Assembly: GCA_002424045.1 (NCBI GenBank)
Contig: DIPH01000015.1
Location: 70,550-134,549, forward strand
Origin: Firmicutes bacterium UBA5493
GTDB taxonomy: Bacteria > Bacillota > Limnochordia > Darwinibacteriales > Darwinibacteriaceae
Direction of reading: 5' to 3'
Length of the DNA: 64,000 bases
Shown here: positions 1-10,109 of the stretch, piece by piece
Numbering within the stretch: position 1 is the first letter of the stretch
How the letters are laid out: every line of letters starts with the position of its first letter
Notes under the pieces: model-generated
What the model saw: only the letters and a program-made list of their open reading frames with translations
The model's database searches: none
What the model was told of the DNA's origin: nothing
Translations under genes and position numbers: made by a program

Positions 1-133
1 TCAATAGAGTGGTTTTCCCTGCACCATTTGCACCCAAAACAGAGACTACATCACCTTGCTTTACTTCCAAGCTTACCTTTTTCAGGGCCGGAATATCACC
101 GTACGAAACAGATAGATTCGTGATCTTTAACAC
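1..133 (-). CDS. livF: Branched-chain amino acid ABC transporter ATP-binding protein LivF, N-terminal part only (gene continues beyond window start)
   Basis: Reverse-complement of 1-133 translates to V/MLKITNLSVSYGDIPALKKVSLEVKQGDVVSVLGANGAGKTTLL (Walker A), typical LivF N-terminus. GTG start overlaps the livG stop. Not in ORF table because truncated. Confidence 0.7.
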   Translation of the reverse strand, partial: MLKITNLSVSYGDIPALKKVSLEVKQGDVVSVLGANGAGKTTLL

Positions 134-900
134 TCGGCTTCCTCCTTCCCTAAATAGGCCTCGATAACTCGTGGATCCGATTCACAGTCACAGAACGGTC
201 CTTCAGTCAATTTCTGGCCATAATTCAAGACAACACAATGATCAACAACCGCTTCTACTAATTCCATGGTGTGTTCCACGAGCAGAATCGTGATCCCCTG
301 TTGCTTCACGTTTAAAATGATATCTTGTAAAAAGTTGAACTCCTCACGGTTCATTCCTGCAGCTGGCTCATCCAAGAGCAATAAAGACGGCTCCAAGGCA
401 AGAGCGCGTGCGATCTCCAAACTACGACGGTAGCCATAGGGCAAGCTATTTCCCATCTGATGGTAGTGTTGTTTACCTAAGCCTACAATCTCCAACAATT
501 CCTTCGCCCGAGCCTCTTCTCTAGCGTTGGCCATCTTGAGTTTGGGTGTAGAAAACACTGCATCCCAGATTTTCGCTCCAAAACTGGCATGCCGAGCTAC
601 AAGCACTGTTTCTAGAACACTTAGACGTTCAAACAAACGAATGGTCTGGAAGGTACGGGCAATTCCTGCTCTAGCGATCTTGTGTTTGTCAAAATTCGTG
701 ATGTCCTGACCATTAAAGATCACCCTACCGCTTGTTGCTTTGTGAACGCCGGAGACGACATTGATGAATGTTGTTTTTCCGGAACCATTTGGCCCGATTA
801 ACCCTGTGATGGAGCCCTTTTCGATGTTAATGTCTAGGTCTGAGTTAGCGGTAACGCCGCCAAAAGATTTTGTCAATCCCTTAGTTTCCAAAATGTTCAT
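127..900 (-). CDS. livG: Branched-chain amino acid ABC transporter ATP-binding protein LivG
   Basis: 257 aa. Walker A GPNGSGKTT, ABC signature, LivG-type C-terminal extension. Confidence 0.9.
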   Translation of the reverse strand: MNILETKGLTKSFGGVTANSDLDINIEKGSITGLIGPNGSGKTTFINVVSGVHKATSGRVIFNGQDITNFDKHKIARAGIARTFQTIRLFERLSVLETVLVARHASFGAKIWDAVFSTPKLKMANAREEARAKELLEIVGLGKQHYHQMGNSLPYGYRRSLEIARALALEPSLLLLDEPAAGMNREEFNFLQDIILNVKQQGITILLVEHTMELVEAVVDHCVVLNYGQKLTEGPFCDCESDPRVIEAYLGKEEAEC

Positions 901-1868
901 TCGCTACTACCACCTTTTACATCGTCTCGCTCACCAAAGATCTTGTTGAATCCTTTTTCAAATAAAGGAGCCAGACCATCAGGCATAAACACCACGATCA
1001 TCAGGATGATGAAGGTAGCTGCCATCATGTAGTAGGTCTCCCAGCCAGGGAAGCGGAACAACTCTGGCAAGAATGTTACAATTGGTGCACCAATGATACC
1101 ACCCAGCAAGTGTCTCAAACCACCTGTTACAGCCATCCCAACGAATTTTGTGGATTCTGCAAAAACGAAACTTTCTGGGCTAATGAACCCTGAGAGATGG
1201 GCATAAAAAGCCCCTGCCAATCCTGCAAATCCTGCAGAAATACCAAAAGCAAGAAGCTTGAAATTTCGAGTGTTGATCCCACTACATTCGGCGGCCAATT
1301 CGTCATCACGCATAGCCATGAAAGCTCTGCCGATGAAGCTGTTGGTAATTCTCTTGATGAAGAGATACAAAAGGGCAATTGTAGCTACCAAGAGATAGTA
1401 GTAGTGGGTATTGTTAAATTTGATCCCAAAGAGCTTTAACCCGGGAATACCGAATACACCCAAAGGACCATTTGTCAAGCTCTGCCAGTTAACAATGATG
1501 ACCCACACGATGTGTCCAAAGGCAATGGTGGTCAGTGAGAGAAAGAACCCACTTAATTTAAATGATGGAACACTCAAAAACACGCTAAATATAACACACA
1601 TGAGGATCGCAGCAAGAAAACCAAGACCGATTGGGAAGCCCAATTTCAACACCGTCAACGATGTAGTATAGGCGCCAATTCCGTAGAATGCCGCGTGCCC
1701 TAAAGAAATCTGCCCTGCAAATCCCACCTGCGTAACCAAGCCCATGGCAATGATGGCGTGGATCAAGCTGCGGTTCATAATATAAACTTTGTAGGAGTCA
1801 CCGATTACTAGCGGATATAACACAACTAGTAAAGCGATGATCAAAAAGCCAATTTTTCTCCTTTGCAT
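897..1868 (-). CDS. livM: Branched-chain amino acid ABC transporter permease LivM
   Basis: 323 aa polytopic membrane protein with LivM-like motifs; 4-nt overlap with livG. Confidence 0.85.
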   Translation of the reverse strand: MQRRKIGFLIIALLVVLYPLVIGDSYKVYIMNRSLIHAIIAMGLVTQVGFAGQISLGHAAFYGIGAYTTSLTVLKLGFPIGLGFLAAILMCVIFSVFLSVPSFKLSGFFLSLTTIAFGHIVWVIIVNWQSLTNGPLGVFGIPGLKLFGIKFNNTHYYYLLVATIALLYLFIKRITNSFIGRAFMAMRDDELAAECSGINTRNFKLLAFGISAGFAGLAGAFYAHLSGFISPESFVFAESTKFVGMAVTGGLRHLLGGIIGAPIVTFLPELFRFPGWETYYMMAATFIILMIVVFMPDGLAPLFEKGFNKIFGERDDVKGGSSE

Positions 1869-1887
1869 AACATTGTCCCCCCCAAAC

Positions 1888-2769
1888 CTACATTTTCTTG
1901 AAAAGCCCTTGCGGTCTAGCGATTAGGAAAAATACCAGCAACACAAAGGTAATGACATCCCGATAGGAAGAAGAAATATAAAAGACGGAGAAGTTCTCTG
2001 TCAGACCGATCAAGAGGCCGCCAACAAGCGCACCAAATGGGTTAGTGAGTCCGCCAATTACCGCAGAAGCAAAACCTTTAATTCCGATAATTCCCCCACC
2101 TAGCTCTACAGAGACAAAGTAGATGGGTGCTAGCAAAATACCCGCAATGGCCGTTACGCCAGTACTCATCGCAAAAGAAAGGGCCGTCATTTTTTCAACG
2201 CCGATTCCCATCAAAGAAGCCGTGTCCTTGTTTTGCGCTGTTGCTCTAAGGGCTTTACCAGTAAGAGTTCTCTTAAAGAAGTAGTTCAGACCGATAACTA
2301 GGGCAACAGTGAATCCAAGCACCCAGAGCGAATGATGCTGGATGGTGATACCGCCTATCCGCAACGGATTCATGGGACTACCAAAGATATTCGGGAAAGG
2401 ATAAGGAACCCCACCCCAAAGAACAATCGTTAGATTCAAAAGGAAAATGTTCAGCATCATGGTGGCGACAATGAACTCAAGTCGACCACCTTTTCTACCC
2501 ATAATCTGTCTGTAAACAACTCCCCTCAGAATAAGGATGCCATATAGGGCAACCAGTGCAACTGCTAGGACAAAGGCAATGACGATTGGGAGGTTCCACA
2601 TAACATGAAAGGTGTAAAAGAAATAAGCTCCTAACATTGCGGACGAAATGTGAGCAAAATTGATTAACCCCGTTGTCTGCCAAAAAAGACATACCCCAAT
2701 GCCAATAACCCCATAGAGCAGTCCCATAGCCATACCTGAGATAGAGTTTTGCAACACCATCTGTAACAT
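1888..2769 (-). CDS. livH: Branched-chain amino acid ABC transporter permease LivH
   Basis: 293 aa hydrophobic permease, LivH-like, in liv operon order. Confidence 0.85.
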   Translation of the reverse strand: MLQMVLQNSISGMAMGLLYGVIGIGVCLFWQTTGLINFAHISSAMLGAYFFYTFHVMWNLPIVIAFVLAVALVALYGILILRGVVYRQIMGRKGGRLEFIVATMMLNIFLLNLTIVLWGGVPYPFPNIFGSPMNPLRIGGITIQHHSLWVLGFTVALVIGLNYFFKRTLTGKALRATAQNKDTASLMGIGVEKMTALSFAMSTGVTAIAGILLAPIYFVSVELGGGIIGIKGFASAVIGGLTNPFGALVGGLLIGLTENFSVFYISSSYRDVITFVLLVFFLIARPQGLFKKM

Positions 2770-2849
2770 TTTACCACCTCGTAGCGTTCTATGACTTTTC
2801 GGGCCGTAATGAGGAGGAGACCCTCAGGGGGATCTCCTCCCTACTTTCC

Positions 2850-3974
2850 TTAGTACTTCTCGATAATTTTCCAGCCGTCGCCTTGGAATTCAGAAATGAG
2901 ACTGAACCTGGAAAGATTGTGTTTTTCGTCAGTTACGAGCTCGCCTTGTAAGCCAACAAATCCAGAGAAATTCTCTAGTTCTTCACGCATAGCTTGTTTG
3001 TCGAATCCTACCCGTTCGATAACCTCTTTGATTACATAGACGCCATCATAATAGGCTTGACCCGGGTCACTTGGTAAGCGGCCATAACGTGCTTGGTACT
3101 TCTCTACGAATTCTTGAACCACTGGGTTGGTATCTTCTGGTGTGAAGCTTTGAACAGCAATGACGCCAGTAGCAGCTTCTGGTGCTAAGTCAGTAAATGC
3201 TGGTACGCCCCAAGCAGTAAAGCCTACAACAGGAACATTAACGCCCATTTGGCGCAGTTGACGCACAAATACTGCGGCTTCGGATTCGTGGGTGAGACCC
3301 ATGATGGAGTCTACGCCAGCACGTACCATATTGAGGATCTGTCCAGTAGCATCCTTGTCGCCTTCGCGCATTTGCTCAACGGCAACTGGCTCAATGCCAT
3401 ACTCAGCAAATTTGTGGATAATAACGTCGCGAGCACTGGTGCAATAGTCTGTTGTTCCGTAGATAATACCAGGCTTCTTGGAGCCCAATACGTTGACTGC
3501 ATATTCAGCTTGATTCTCTACTCTAACTCTATCATCAGCTCTTAGACGGAATAGCCATGGATTGGCAAGGTTGTCGTAGCCAAGTGATGGAGAAGTAGCA
3601 CCGACCATCATCAATGTTTCGTTTTCTTGGGCAACTTGGTGTACGGCCAAAACAGAACTACTCATGTTTGGTCCAAACACTACGTCTACCTTATCATTTT
3701 CGATGACCCTTTTTACAACGTTGATGGCAGTGGCTGGAGAGGCCTCGTCGTCATAAACGACGACTTCAATCTTCTTGCCCTCAATGCCGCCTTCTGCATT
3801 GATCTCATCAACAGCTAACATAAAAGCTTCTTGGATATAATCGCCAAGAATAGAACCTGATCCAGTAAAGGGAGCAACCAAACCAAATTTAATAGTCTGA
3901 GCACCTACCACACTACCTGCCAATAATGTTACCATGAGAACCATTAGTGGAATAACCTTTAGATTTCTACGCAT
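2850..3974 (-). CDS. livK: Leu/Ile/Val-binding periplasmic substrate-binding protein (LivK/LivJ family)
   Basis: Type-I periplasmic binding fold sequence. Start trimmed to MRRNLKV, which has an AAAGGGG ribosome-binding site. Signal peptide ends ...VVGA|QT with no lipobox cysteine. Confidence 0.85.
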   Translation of the reverse strand: MRRNLKVIPLMVLMVTLLAGSVVGAQTIKFGLVAPFTGSGSILGDYIQEAFMLAVDEINAEGGIEGKKIEVVVYDDEASPATAINVVKRVIENDKVDVVFGPNMSSSVLAVHQVAQENETLMMVGATSPSLGYDNLANPWLFRLRADDRVRVENQAEYAVNVLGSKKPGIIYGTTDYCTSARDVIIHKFAEYGIEPVAVEQMREGDKDATGQILNMVRAGVDSIMGLTHESEAAVFVRQLRQMGVNVPVVGFTAWGVPAFTDLAPEAATGVIAVQSFTPEDTNPVVQEFVEKYQARYGRLPSDPGQAYYDGVYVIKEVIERVGFDKQAMREELENFSGFVGLQGELVTDEKHNLSRFSLISEFQGDGWKIIEKY

Positions 3975-4202
3975 CCTTTTACCCCTTTCGTTTTTCACCT
4001 CTAGACAAACCAACGTAAGTTCGCTACGTACACCTCCTTTCATCCGAGGTTTTACTTCTTCATGCTTCCACATATTAGGCAATTTCCTTACGCCTACTTT
4101 CGATTTATAAAACTTATTTCAACAAAACCAGACGTTATCCTTTGTTTAAAACGACAATTGAAGTGGTAATTCGTTGTTAATTTCTACAAAGGGGGGCACA
4201 AA

Positions 4203-4236
4203 AAACCACCTTAGGAACAAGGTGGTTTGTGCCTGA
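4203..4236 (-). terminator. Rho-independent terminator (hairpin ACCACCTT-N6-AAGGTGGT plus U-tract on minus strand)
   Basis: Perfect 8-bp stem followed by TTTTTT on the minus strand, about 250 nt downstream of uxaC. Confidence 0.5.
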
Positions 4237-4400
4237 AATTTTGTCGATAATGTAGTAGTGTCACCTGCAGGAAAATCAACGAGAACTCAAAAGCCGTAAA
4301 CAAAATCACCATTCGCCTAAAAGGCCATCCATCCCAACCCATTTCATCACCCTCACTGGTTATGTCGATCTCTCATGAGCATTTTTCCCTTTTTTGACGC

Positions 4401-4422
4401 GAAAAACCCCCTTTTTGGGGGG
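4401..4422 (-). terminator. Rho-independent terminator downstream of uxaC
   Basis: CCCCC-TTTTT-GGGGGG hairpin followed by U-tract on minus strand, 64 nt after the uxaC stop. Confidence 0.6.
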
Positions 4423-4485
4423 TTGGGGTTATTGCCAGGGCATTGAACCGAAAGCTCGTCGTCTCGCATCACGAAGTAAACAGTG

Positions 4486-5892
4486 CTACAACTCCACATC
4501 AAAATAATCCCGAGCATTGTTAAAACAGATATCTCTGACCATGCGTCCCATCAATTCCAAATCGTTGGGGGCCTCCCCAGTCTCCACCCAAGCGCCGAGT
4601 AAGTCACAGAGGATTCTGCGGAAATATTCGTGACGGGTGTAGGAGAGGAAGCTTCGGGAGTCCGTCAGCATGCCCACAAACCGGCTAAGCAAACCGATGT
4701 TAGCTAGAGCTACCATTTGACGAATCATCCCGTCTTTTTGATCGTTGAACCACCAACCCGAACCAAGCTGCATCTTGCCAGGAATCCCTCCACCCTGGAA
4801 AGAGCCTGCAATCGTGGCTAAAAGATCATTGTCGATTGGATTAAGAGAATACAAAATGGTCTTGGGCACGTGATTCGTCTCGTCAAGTTTGGACAAAAAG
4901 GCAACGAGAGCTCGACCATAAACTCGATCATCCATGGAGTCAAACCCGGTATCAGGCCCTAAGAGTCTGTGCATACGAGCACTGTTGTTTCTGATTGCAG
5001 AAAGGTGGAGTTGCATAACCCAGCCTCGTTCAGCATATTCCCTTCCTAAGAAAAGCAAGACTTGTGTCTTAAACATCTCCGTTTCTTCCTGGGTAAGCAT
5101 TTCTCTGCGTAAGGCTTTTTGCAGGGCAGAAGTCGCGTCCTCATCGGTTCCTTCCCCGTAAACAATGGGATCCAAACCATGATCGGATAGGCGACATCCC
5201 ATGCTATGGAAGAATTCAATCCTCTGCTTCAGTGCTTCCTTGAAGTCTGCGAATGTTCGAACCTCCCCACCAACGATTGCTTCAAGCTTCGTGACCCAAT
5301 CAACGAACCCAGGTTGATCAAGGTTAAAGCTCTTATCGGGTCGGAACGCGGGATACACCTTTACCGCAAAATCATTGTCCTCAGCCAAGGCTTGGTGGTA
5401 TCTTAGAGAATGGGCGGGGTCATCAGTTGTACACAGTCCCTTGACATTGGACCTTTCGATCAATGCTCTAGCCCTGAACTCTTCTTTCTGTAACAGACGA
5501 TTACACTCTTCCCAGATCTCCTCCGCCGTTTCTGGCGAGAGAAGTGCATCGATATCGAAGTACCTTCGCAATTCCAAATGAGTCCAATGATAGAGGGGGT
5601 TACCAATACATGCTGGCATCGTCTGGGCCCACTTCATAAACTTGTCTTTATCGCTGGCCTCACCAGTTATGTATTTCTCGTCGACTCCATTGGCCCTCAT
5701 GGCACGCCACTTATAATGGTCGCCGGCCAACCAAATCTCGGTTATATTTCTATACCTCTTGTTCTCAGCGATCTCCTTGGGGTTCAAATGACAGTGATAG
5801 TCAAAAATAGGCATGTCTTTCGCGTATTCATGATAGAGTCTTTCTGCTGTTGGGTTCGTTAATAAAAAGTTCTCATCCATAAACGATTTCAT
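4486..5892 (-). CDS. uxaC: Glucuronate isomerase (uronate isomerase)
   Basis: Start trimmed to MKSFMDENFLLTN (GGAGGGAG ribosome-binding site). Conserved UxaC N-terminus FLL..P.A..LYH...K..PI.DYHCHL. Confidence 0.9.
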   Translation of the reverse strand: MKSFMDENFLLTNPTAERLYHEYAKDMPIFDYHCHLNPKEIAENKRYRNITEIWLAGDHYKWRAMRANGVDEKYITGEASDKDKFMKWAQTMPACIGNPLYHWTHLELRRYFDIDALLSPETAEEIWEECNRLLQKEEFRARALIERSNVKGLCTTDDPAHSLRYHQALAEDNDFAVKVYPAFRPDKSFNLDQPGFVDWVTKLEAIVGGEVRTFADFKEALKQRIEFFHSMGCRLSDHGLDPIVYGEGTDEDATSALQKALRREMLTQEETEMFKTQVLLFLGREYAERGWVMQLHLSAIRNNSARMHRLLGPDTGFDSMDDRVYGRALVAFLSKLDETNHVPKTILYSLNPIDNDLLATIAGSFQGGGIPGKMQLGSGWWFNDQKDGMIRQMVALANIGLLSRFVGMLTDSRSFLSYTRHEYFRRILCDLLGAWVETGEAPNDLELMGRMVRDICFNNARDYFDVEL

Positions 5893-5983
5893 GCGTTTCT
5901 CCCTCCATATTGGATTTACCTGAGTGTCTGGCTCTACCAAAAAACCCGTACTCCCCATCACAAGGAGTACGGGTTGTGTCTAT

Positions 5984-7435
5984 TTAGGCATTATAGGTAG
6001 ATGCCGCGGTGCTTCCCCCTTGACCGGTCCAGTTCGTGTGGAAAAACTCTCCACGTGGTTTGTCTATCCGTTCGTAGGTATGGGCGCCAAAGTAATCCCT
6101 CTGGGCCTGCAGTAGATTTGCTGGAAGCCGGGAGTTGCGATAGCCGTCATAATAGCTGAGGGCTGCGCTAAAGGCCGGTACTGGAATGCCATGGAGCATG
6201 GCTGTGGCACACACTTTTCTCCAGCTCTCCTGGGCCTGGGTAATCTTCTCCTTGAAGATGGGATCCAAGAGCAAATTAGCGAGTTCTGGGTTTTGATCGA
6301 AAGCTTTTTTGATATCACCCAAGAAAGCCGAGCGAATAATACATCCTCCCCGCCACATGAGTGCGATGCCGCCGTAGTTTAGATCCCAACCATGACTCTC
6401 TGCTGCTGCACGCATCAAGGCATACCCTTGCGCGTAGGAGACAATCTTGGAGGCATAGAGAGCTTGCCTGACATCTTCGATAAAGGCCTTCTTGTCGCCT
6501 GTAAAGCTCGGTTTCGGACCTTCGAGAACCTTGGAAGCCGCCACCCTTTCTTCCTTGAGGGCAGACAGAAAGCGTGAGTAAACTGCTTCCCCGATTAAGG
6601 TTAGGGGAACACCTTCATCTAGAGACGAAATGGCTGTCCATTTTCCTGTTCCCTTTTGCCCAGCCGTGTCTAGAATTTTCTCCACCAAAGGCGAACCATC
6701 TTCATCTTTATAGGCTAGAATGTCCGCGGTAATCTCGATGAGGTAACTATCCAGGTCCCCTTGATTCCAGTCGCTAAAGATCTCATGCATCTCATCAGGT
6801 GTCATCCCTAAGAGATCCTTTAAGAGATGGTAGGCTTCACAGATGAGCTGCATATCGCCGTACTCGATACCGTTATGCACCATCTTGACAAAGTGTCCGG
6901 CACCATCCTGCCCCACCCACTCAGCGCAGGGACTACCATCTTCCACCTTCGCAGCTACTGCTTGGAAGATGGGCTTAATATGGGACCAGGCTTCAGGTGA
7001 GCCGCCTGGCATGAGACTTGGTCCAAGAAGAGCGCCTTCTTCACCGCCAGATACTCCCGTTCCCACGTAGAGCAAGCCTTTTTCCTCCACATACTTCGTC
7101 CGGCGAATGGTATCGGGGAAGTGCGAATTGCCTCCATCGATGATGATATCGCCTGCTTCGAGGAGAGGAATCAGCTGCTCAATCAGATTGTCTACGGGCT
7201 TTCCTGCCTTAACCATGAGCATCACTTTACGAGGGGTCTTCAGGCTCTGCACCAGTTCTTCCAAAGAATGTGCCCCAATGATATTTTTGCCTTTCGCTCT
7301 TCCCTCTACGAAGGACGTTACTTTTTCCACTGTGCGATTATAAACTGCAACGGAAAAGCCTTTGCTTTCCATGTTCATAACCAAGTTCTCGCCCATTACT
7401 GCCAAACCGACTAAACCGATATCTGCTTTTGACAT
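5984..7435 (-). CDS. gnd: 6-phosphogluconate dehydrogenase, decarboxylating
   Basis: 483 aa with [17 protein letters not shown]-binding Rossmann motif and typical Gnd/GntZ core and C-terminal tail. Confidence 0.9.
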   Translation of the reverse strand: MSKADIGLVGLAVMGENLVMNMESKGFSVAVYNRTVEKVTSFVEGRAKGKNIIGAHSLEELVQSLKTPRKVMLMVKAGKPVDNLIEQLIPLLEAGDIIIDGGNSHFPDTIRRTKYVEEKGLLYVGTGVSGGEEGALLGPSLMPGGSPEAWSHIKPIFQAVAAKVEDGSPCAEWVGQDGAGHFVKMVHNGIEYGDMQLICEAYHLLKDLLGMTPDEMHEIFSDWNQGDLDSYLIEITADILAYKDEDGSPLVEKILDTAGQKGTGKWTAISSLDEGVPLTLIGEAVYSRFLSALKEERVAASKVLEGPKPSFTGDKKAFIEDVRQALYASKIVSYAQGYALMRAAAESHGWDLNYGGIALMWRGGCIIRSAFLGDIKKAFDQNPELANLLLDPIFKEKITQAQESWRKVCATAMLHGIPVPAFSAALSYYDGYRNSRLPANLLQAQRDYFGAHTYERIDKPRGEFFHTNWTGQGGSTAASTYNA

Positions 7436-7459
7436 ACTTCATACACCCCTTATTTTTCG

Positions 7460-8539
7460 CTATCTCTGCACCCTCGCATTACCTTCCCAAATACTCCATA
7501 CCTGCTGTTCATCGGCAGGTTGGGCATAGTCGGTCAAGAACGTAGTAGCCATGGCACCAGTGGCCCAGGCAAATTGAACCCATTTTTCCGAATCCCAGCC
7601 CCGTAAAATGCCATACAGCAGACCGCCTACAAAACCATCGCCCCCGCCAATGCGGTCCAATACAGTAATGGGACGGGGCTCAACCACATGCCACTTGTCC
7701 TCAGCTAACAAGATGGCTCCCCACAAATGGGAGTTTACGCTGACAACTTCACGCAGGGTATTGGCAAAAACAGAGGTGTTGGGAAACTGTTCTTTGACTC
7801 TTCCAATCATGTCCTTAAAGCCATGGATCTGTTCATTAATGTCTTGGCCGCCAGCTTCAGGGCCTTTGATGCCCAGACAGAGTTGATAGTCTTCTTCGTT
7901 GCCGATCAAAACATCGCTTAAGCTTGCGATTTCGGTAAAGATGTCCCGTAGTTCCTCTTCCCTATTCTCCCAGAATGTTGCCCGATAGTTTAAGTCAAAG
8001 GAAACTAGCGTTCCGTGCTTCTTAGCAGAGCGGGCCAACTCCAGACAAAAGGTACTGGTTTCAGGGGATAATGCGGCAATTAGACCCGAAAGGTGCATAA
8101 TCTGTACACCTTCTTCGCCAAAAATCCGCTCCATGTCAAAGTCCGCTACATTCAGTGTGCGACCTACTTCTCCTGCCCTATCATTTTGCACTCTAGGACC
8201 GCGTGTACCGTATCCGCTGTCTGCAATGTTGAATTGATGGCGATAACCCCATGGTCCGCCCTGAGGTACTTCAGGACCCTCATAGGTCATGTGCCTGCTG
8301 GCTAAGTTGTTCTTGATAAACTGGGCAATGGGACTGCCCTTTACAAAGGCAGTTAGCACCTTAACCGGTAAACCAAGATACGAAGAAATGCTGGCTACGT
8401 TCGTTTCTGCGCTGGTGACCTGCATTTGAAACATATCACTAGAATGCACAGGCTGTCCGTTCATTGGCGTAATGCGCACTCCCATGCTCGTGGGAACCAG
8501 CAAAGAATAAGTAAAATCCTTTCGCAATTGTAGACTCAT
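7460..8539 (-). CDS. PfkB-family sugar kinase, 2-dehydro-3-deoxygluconokinase (KdgK)-like
   Basis: 359 aa. KdgK-like N-terminus (LLVPTSMGVRITP), AETNVA motif, PfkB signature DRIGGGDGFVGG. True substrate (KDG versus gluconate-like) is unknown. Confidence 0.7.
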   Translation of the reverse strand: MSLQLRKDFTYSLLVPTSMGVRITPMNGQPVHSSDMFQMQVTSAETNVASISSYLGLPVKVLTAFVKGSPIAQFIKNNLASRHMTYEGPEVPQGGPWGYRHQFNIADSGYGTRGPRVQNDRAGEVGRTLNVADFDMERIFGEEGVQIMHLSGLIAALSPETSTFCLELARSAKKHGTLVSFDLNYRATFWENREEELRDIFTEIASLSDVLIGNEEDYQLCLGIKGPEAGGQDINEQIHGFKDMIGRVKEQFPNTSVFANTLREVVSVNSHLWGAILLAEDKWHVVEPRPITVLDRIGGGDGFVGGLLYGILRGWDSEKWVQFAWATGAMATTFLTDYAQPADEQQVWSIWEGNARVQR

Positions 8540-8557
8540 TGGAATGTCCTCCTGTTC

Positions 8558-10096
8558 TTATTGTTTTATGCCAAGGGCTTTCAAATGGCGATTCATATGG
8601 CAGACGAGAAACTGCTCATACCGGCCCTCATGTTTTTTTAACACTTCGTAGATACCCTCTTTGAGCTTGGGATCTTGCAGCATGAACCCATAGGTGATGT
8701 GCAAGAGTTGGCGAGCATCATCTTGGTCAAGGAGTCCAGGTAGTTCCTGATCCTCGAGAGTATCAATTTCAGGGACTTTCGCGAGATCCATGCTCACGTG
8801 GTAATACTTGCGAGCGGCTTTAAGAGAGTCCAGAGCTTTTTGATGGAGTGCCCTATAAAGACAAGGATCTACATGTGCGATCACCCTCACGGCCTCCAGC
8901 CAATTGGTTCCGGCAGTTTTTACATGATACCCTGTAGCCCTTGCGTATTTACCGATAATGGGGAAGACGCTGAATTTATCGCTTCCAGAATGGATACTGA
9001 GTTTATATCCGAAGTGACTGGAAATGTCCGCGTGAACTGCAAACTCTTGCTCAAATTGTTCTAGATCGCCCATATAGTCAATGCCTTTCTCGAAGTGACC
9101 GTAAAAGCGCGGAGCAACGCTACAGACCTTGATACCCCTTTTTTTCAGCTCATTAGCGACAAAGAAGTGATCCTGGGGGGTTGTGGGTGTAGCCACTTCA
9201 TCGATACTGATCTCAAAGTCTATGGGCCGATCGAGTTTTGTAATTACTTGTTCATAGACCTTTTCCATGAAGTCCAGAGCTTGATGGTAGGTTAATGCCA
9301 TCCGTTGGTAATGCTCTGGATCCATATAAATGGTTGCACCATTTTGGAGCTCATAGCGTTGATCACAATAGAGTTCTTCAAATTCTTTTCGTTTTGCCTT
9401 TGGAAGCTGGTTATACTGGCTTAGAACCTCAGCCTCTGTTAGGTCTAGGATTTCATCATTGATGTGTTCCGAACAATCCAAAGTAATCATGCTGAATCCT
9501 AGCTCCAAAGCCATTAGAATATCTTCTATCTTTTTAAGATGGTCACCGTCTGCGCCATATCCTCCTTGATACCCTTCTTGGAAGACAGCCCAAGTAGCCG
9601 CATCAAGGACGTCTACATAGGTGCGGTTTGTTAGTTCCAATTCTCGCATAGATTGCTGGGCCAAAACCGGGCGCACTGGAGTGTCACGAATGGCCTTAAG
9701 ATGTCCGGGACTTGCAAGACCTAGACGATCTCCGAGCCCCATGGAAATCCCACTGGTGCCTAAAGCCTGAGGTGCAGTCCAAGTCAAAAGGGAACGTAAA
9801 ACCTTTGCATTCTTGCCATTTAAGGCAACCTGTTTCACCATAAAAACACCTACGTTAGAAACCTCGCCTTCGAATTGGTCAGTCCCCTCCCGATCTGAGA
9901 CAACGACCACTCGCCTTTCTCGAGCTTCCTTAACCATGAACAGAAGCTTATCATAGGCGAGTTGTAATGAGTCGGGGAAGACATCGCCCGATTCTTCTTC
10001 TAAGCGTTGTTTCAAGTCTTCAAGAGTCTCGGCTTGTTTCACCGTTTCGCGCCAACTTGTCACAACCATTCCTCCTCGTAGTGGTCTAAACTTCAC
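8558..10096 (-). CDS. Putative tagaturonate/fructuronate epimerase (UxaE-family-like) protein
   Basis: 512 aa with His/Asp/Glu-rich segments (SIHSGSDKFS). Operon context with uxaC/kdgK matches the Thermotoga-type uxaE arrangement. Assignment is by resemblance and context only. Confidence 0.4.
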   Translation of the reverse strand: MKFRPLRGGMVVTSWRETVKQAETLEDLKQRLEEESGDVFPDSLQLAYDKLLFMVKEARERRVVVVSDREGTDQFEGEVSNVGVFMVKQVALNGKNAKVLRSLLTWTAPQALGTSGISMGLGDRLGLASPGHLKAIRDTPVRPVLAQQSMRELELTNRTYVDVLDAATWAVFQEGYQGGYGADGDHLKKIEDILMALELGFSMITLDCSEHINDEILDLTEAEVLSQYNQLPKAKRKEFEELYCDQRYELQNGATIYMDPEHYQRMALTYHQALDFMEKVYEQVITKLDRPIDFEISIDEVATPTTPQDHFFVANELKKRGIKVCSVAPRFYGHFEKGIDYMGDLEQFEQEFAVHADISSHFGYKLSIHSGSDKFSVFPIIGKYARATGYHVKTAGTNWLEAVRVIAHVDPCLYRALHQKALDSLKAARKYYHVSMDLAKVPEIDTLEDQELPGLLDQDDARQLLHITYGFMLQDPKLKEGIYEVLKKHEGRYEQFLVCHMNRHLKALGIKQ

Positions 10097-10109
10097 CGGG
10101 CCTTCCCAG

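Noticed and set aside
2850-4082. N-terminal extension of the LivK-like ORF (MPNMWKHEEVKPRMKGG...) given in the ORF table
   Set aside because: The internal ATG at 3974 (MRRNLKV) is preceded by a well-spaced AAAGGGG ribosome-binding site and is followed by a typical signal peptide. The extension lacks a ribosome-binding site and would place charged residues before the signal peptide.
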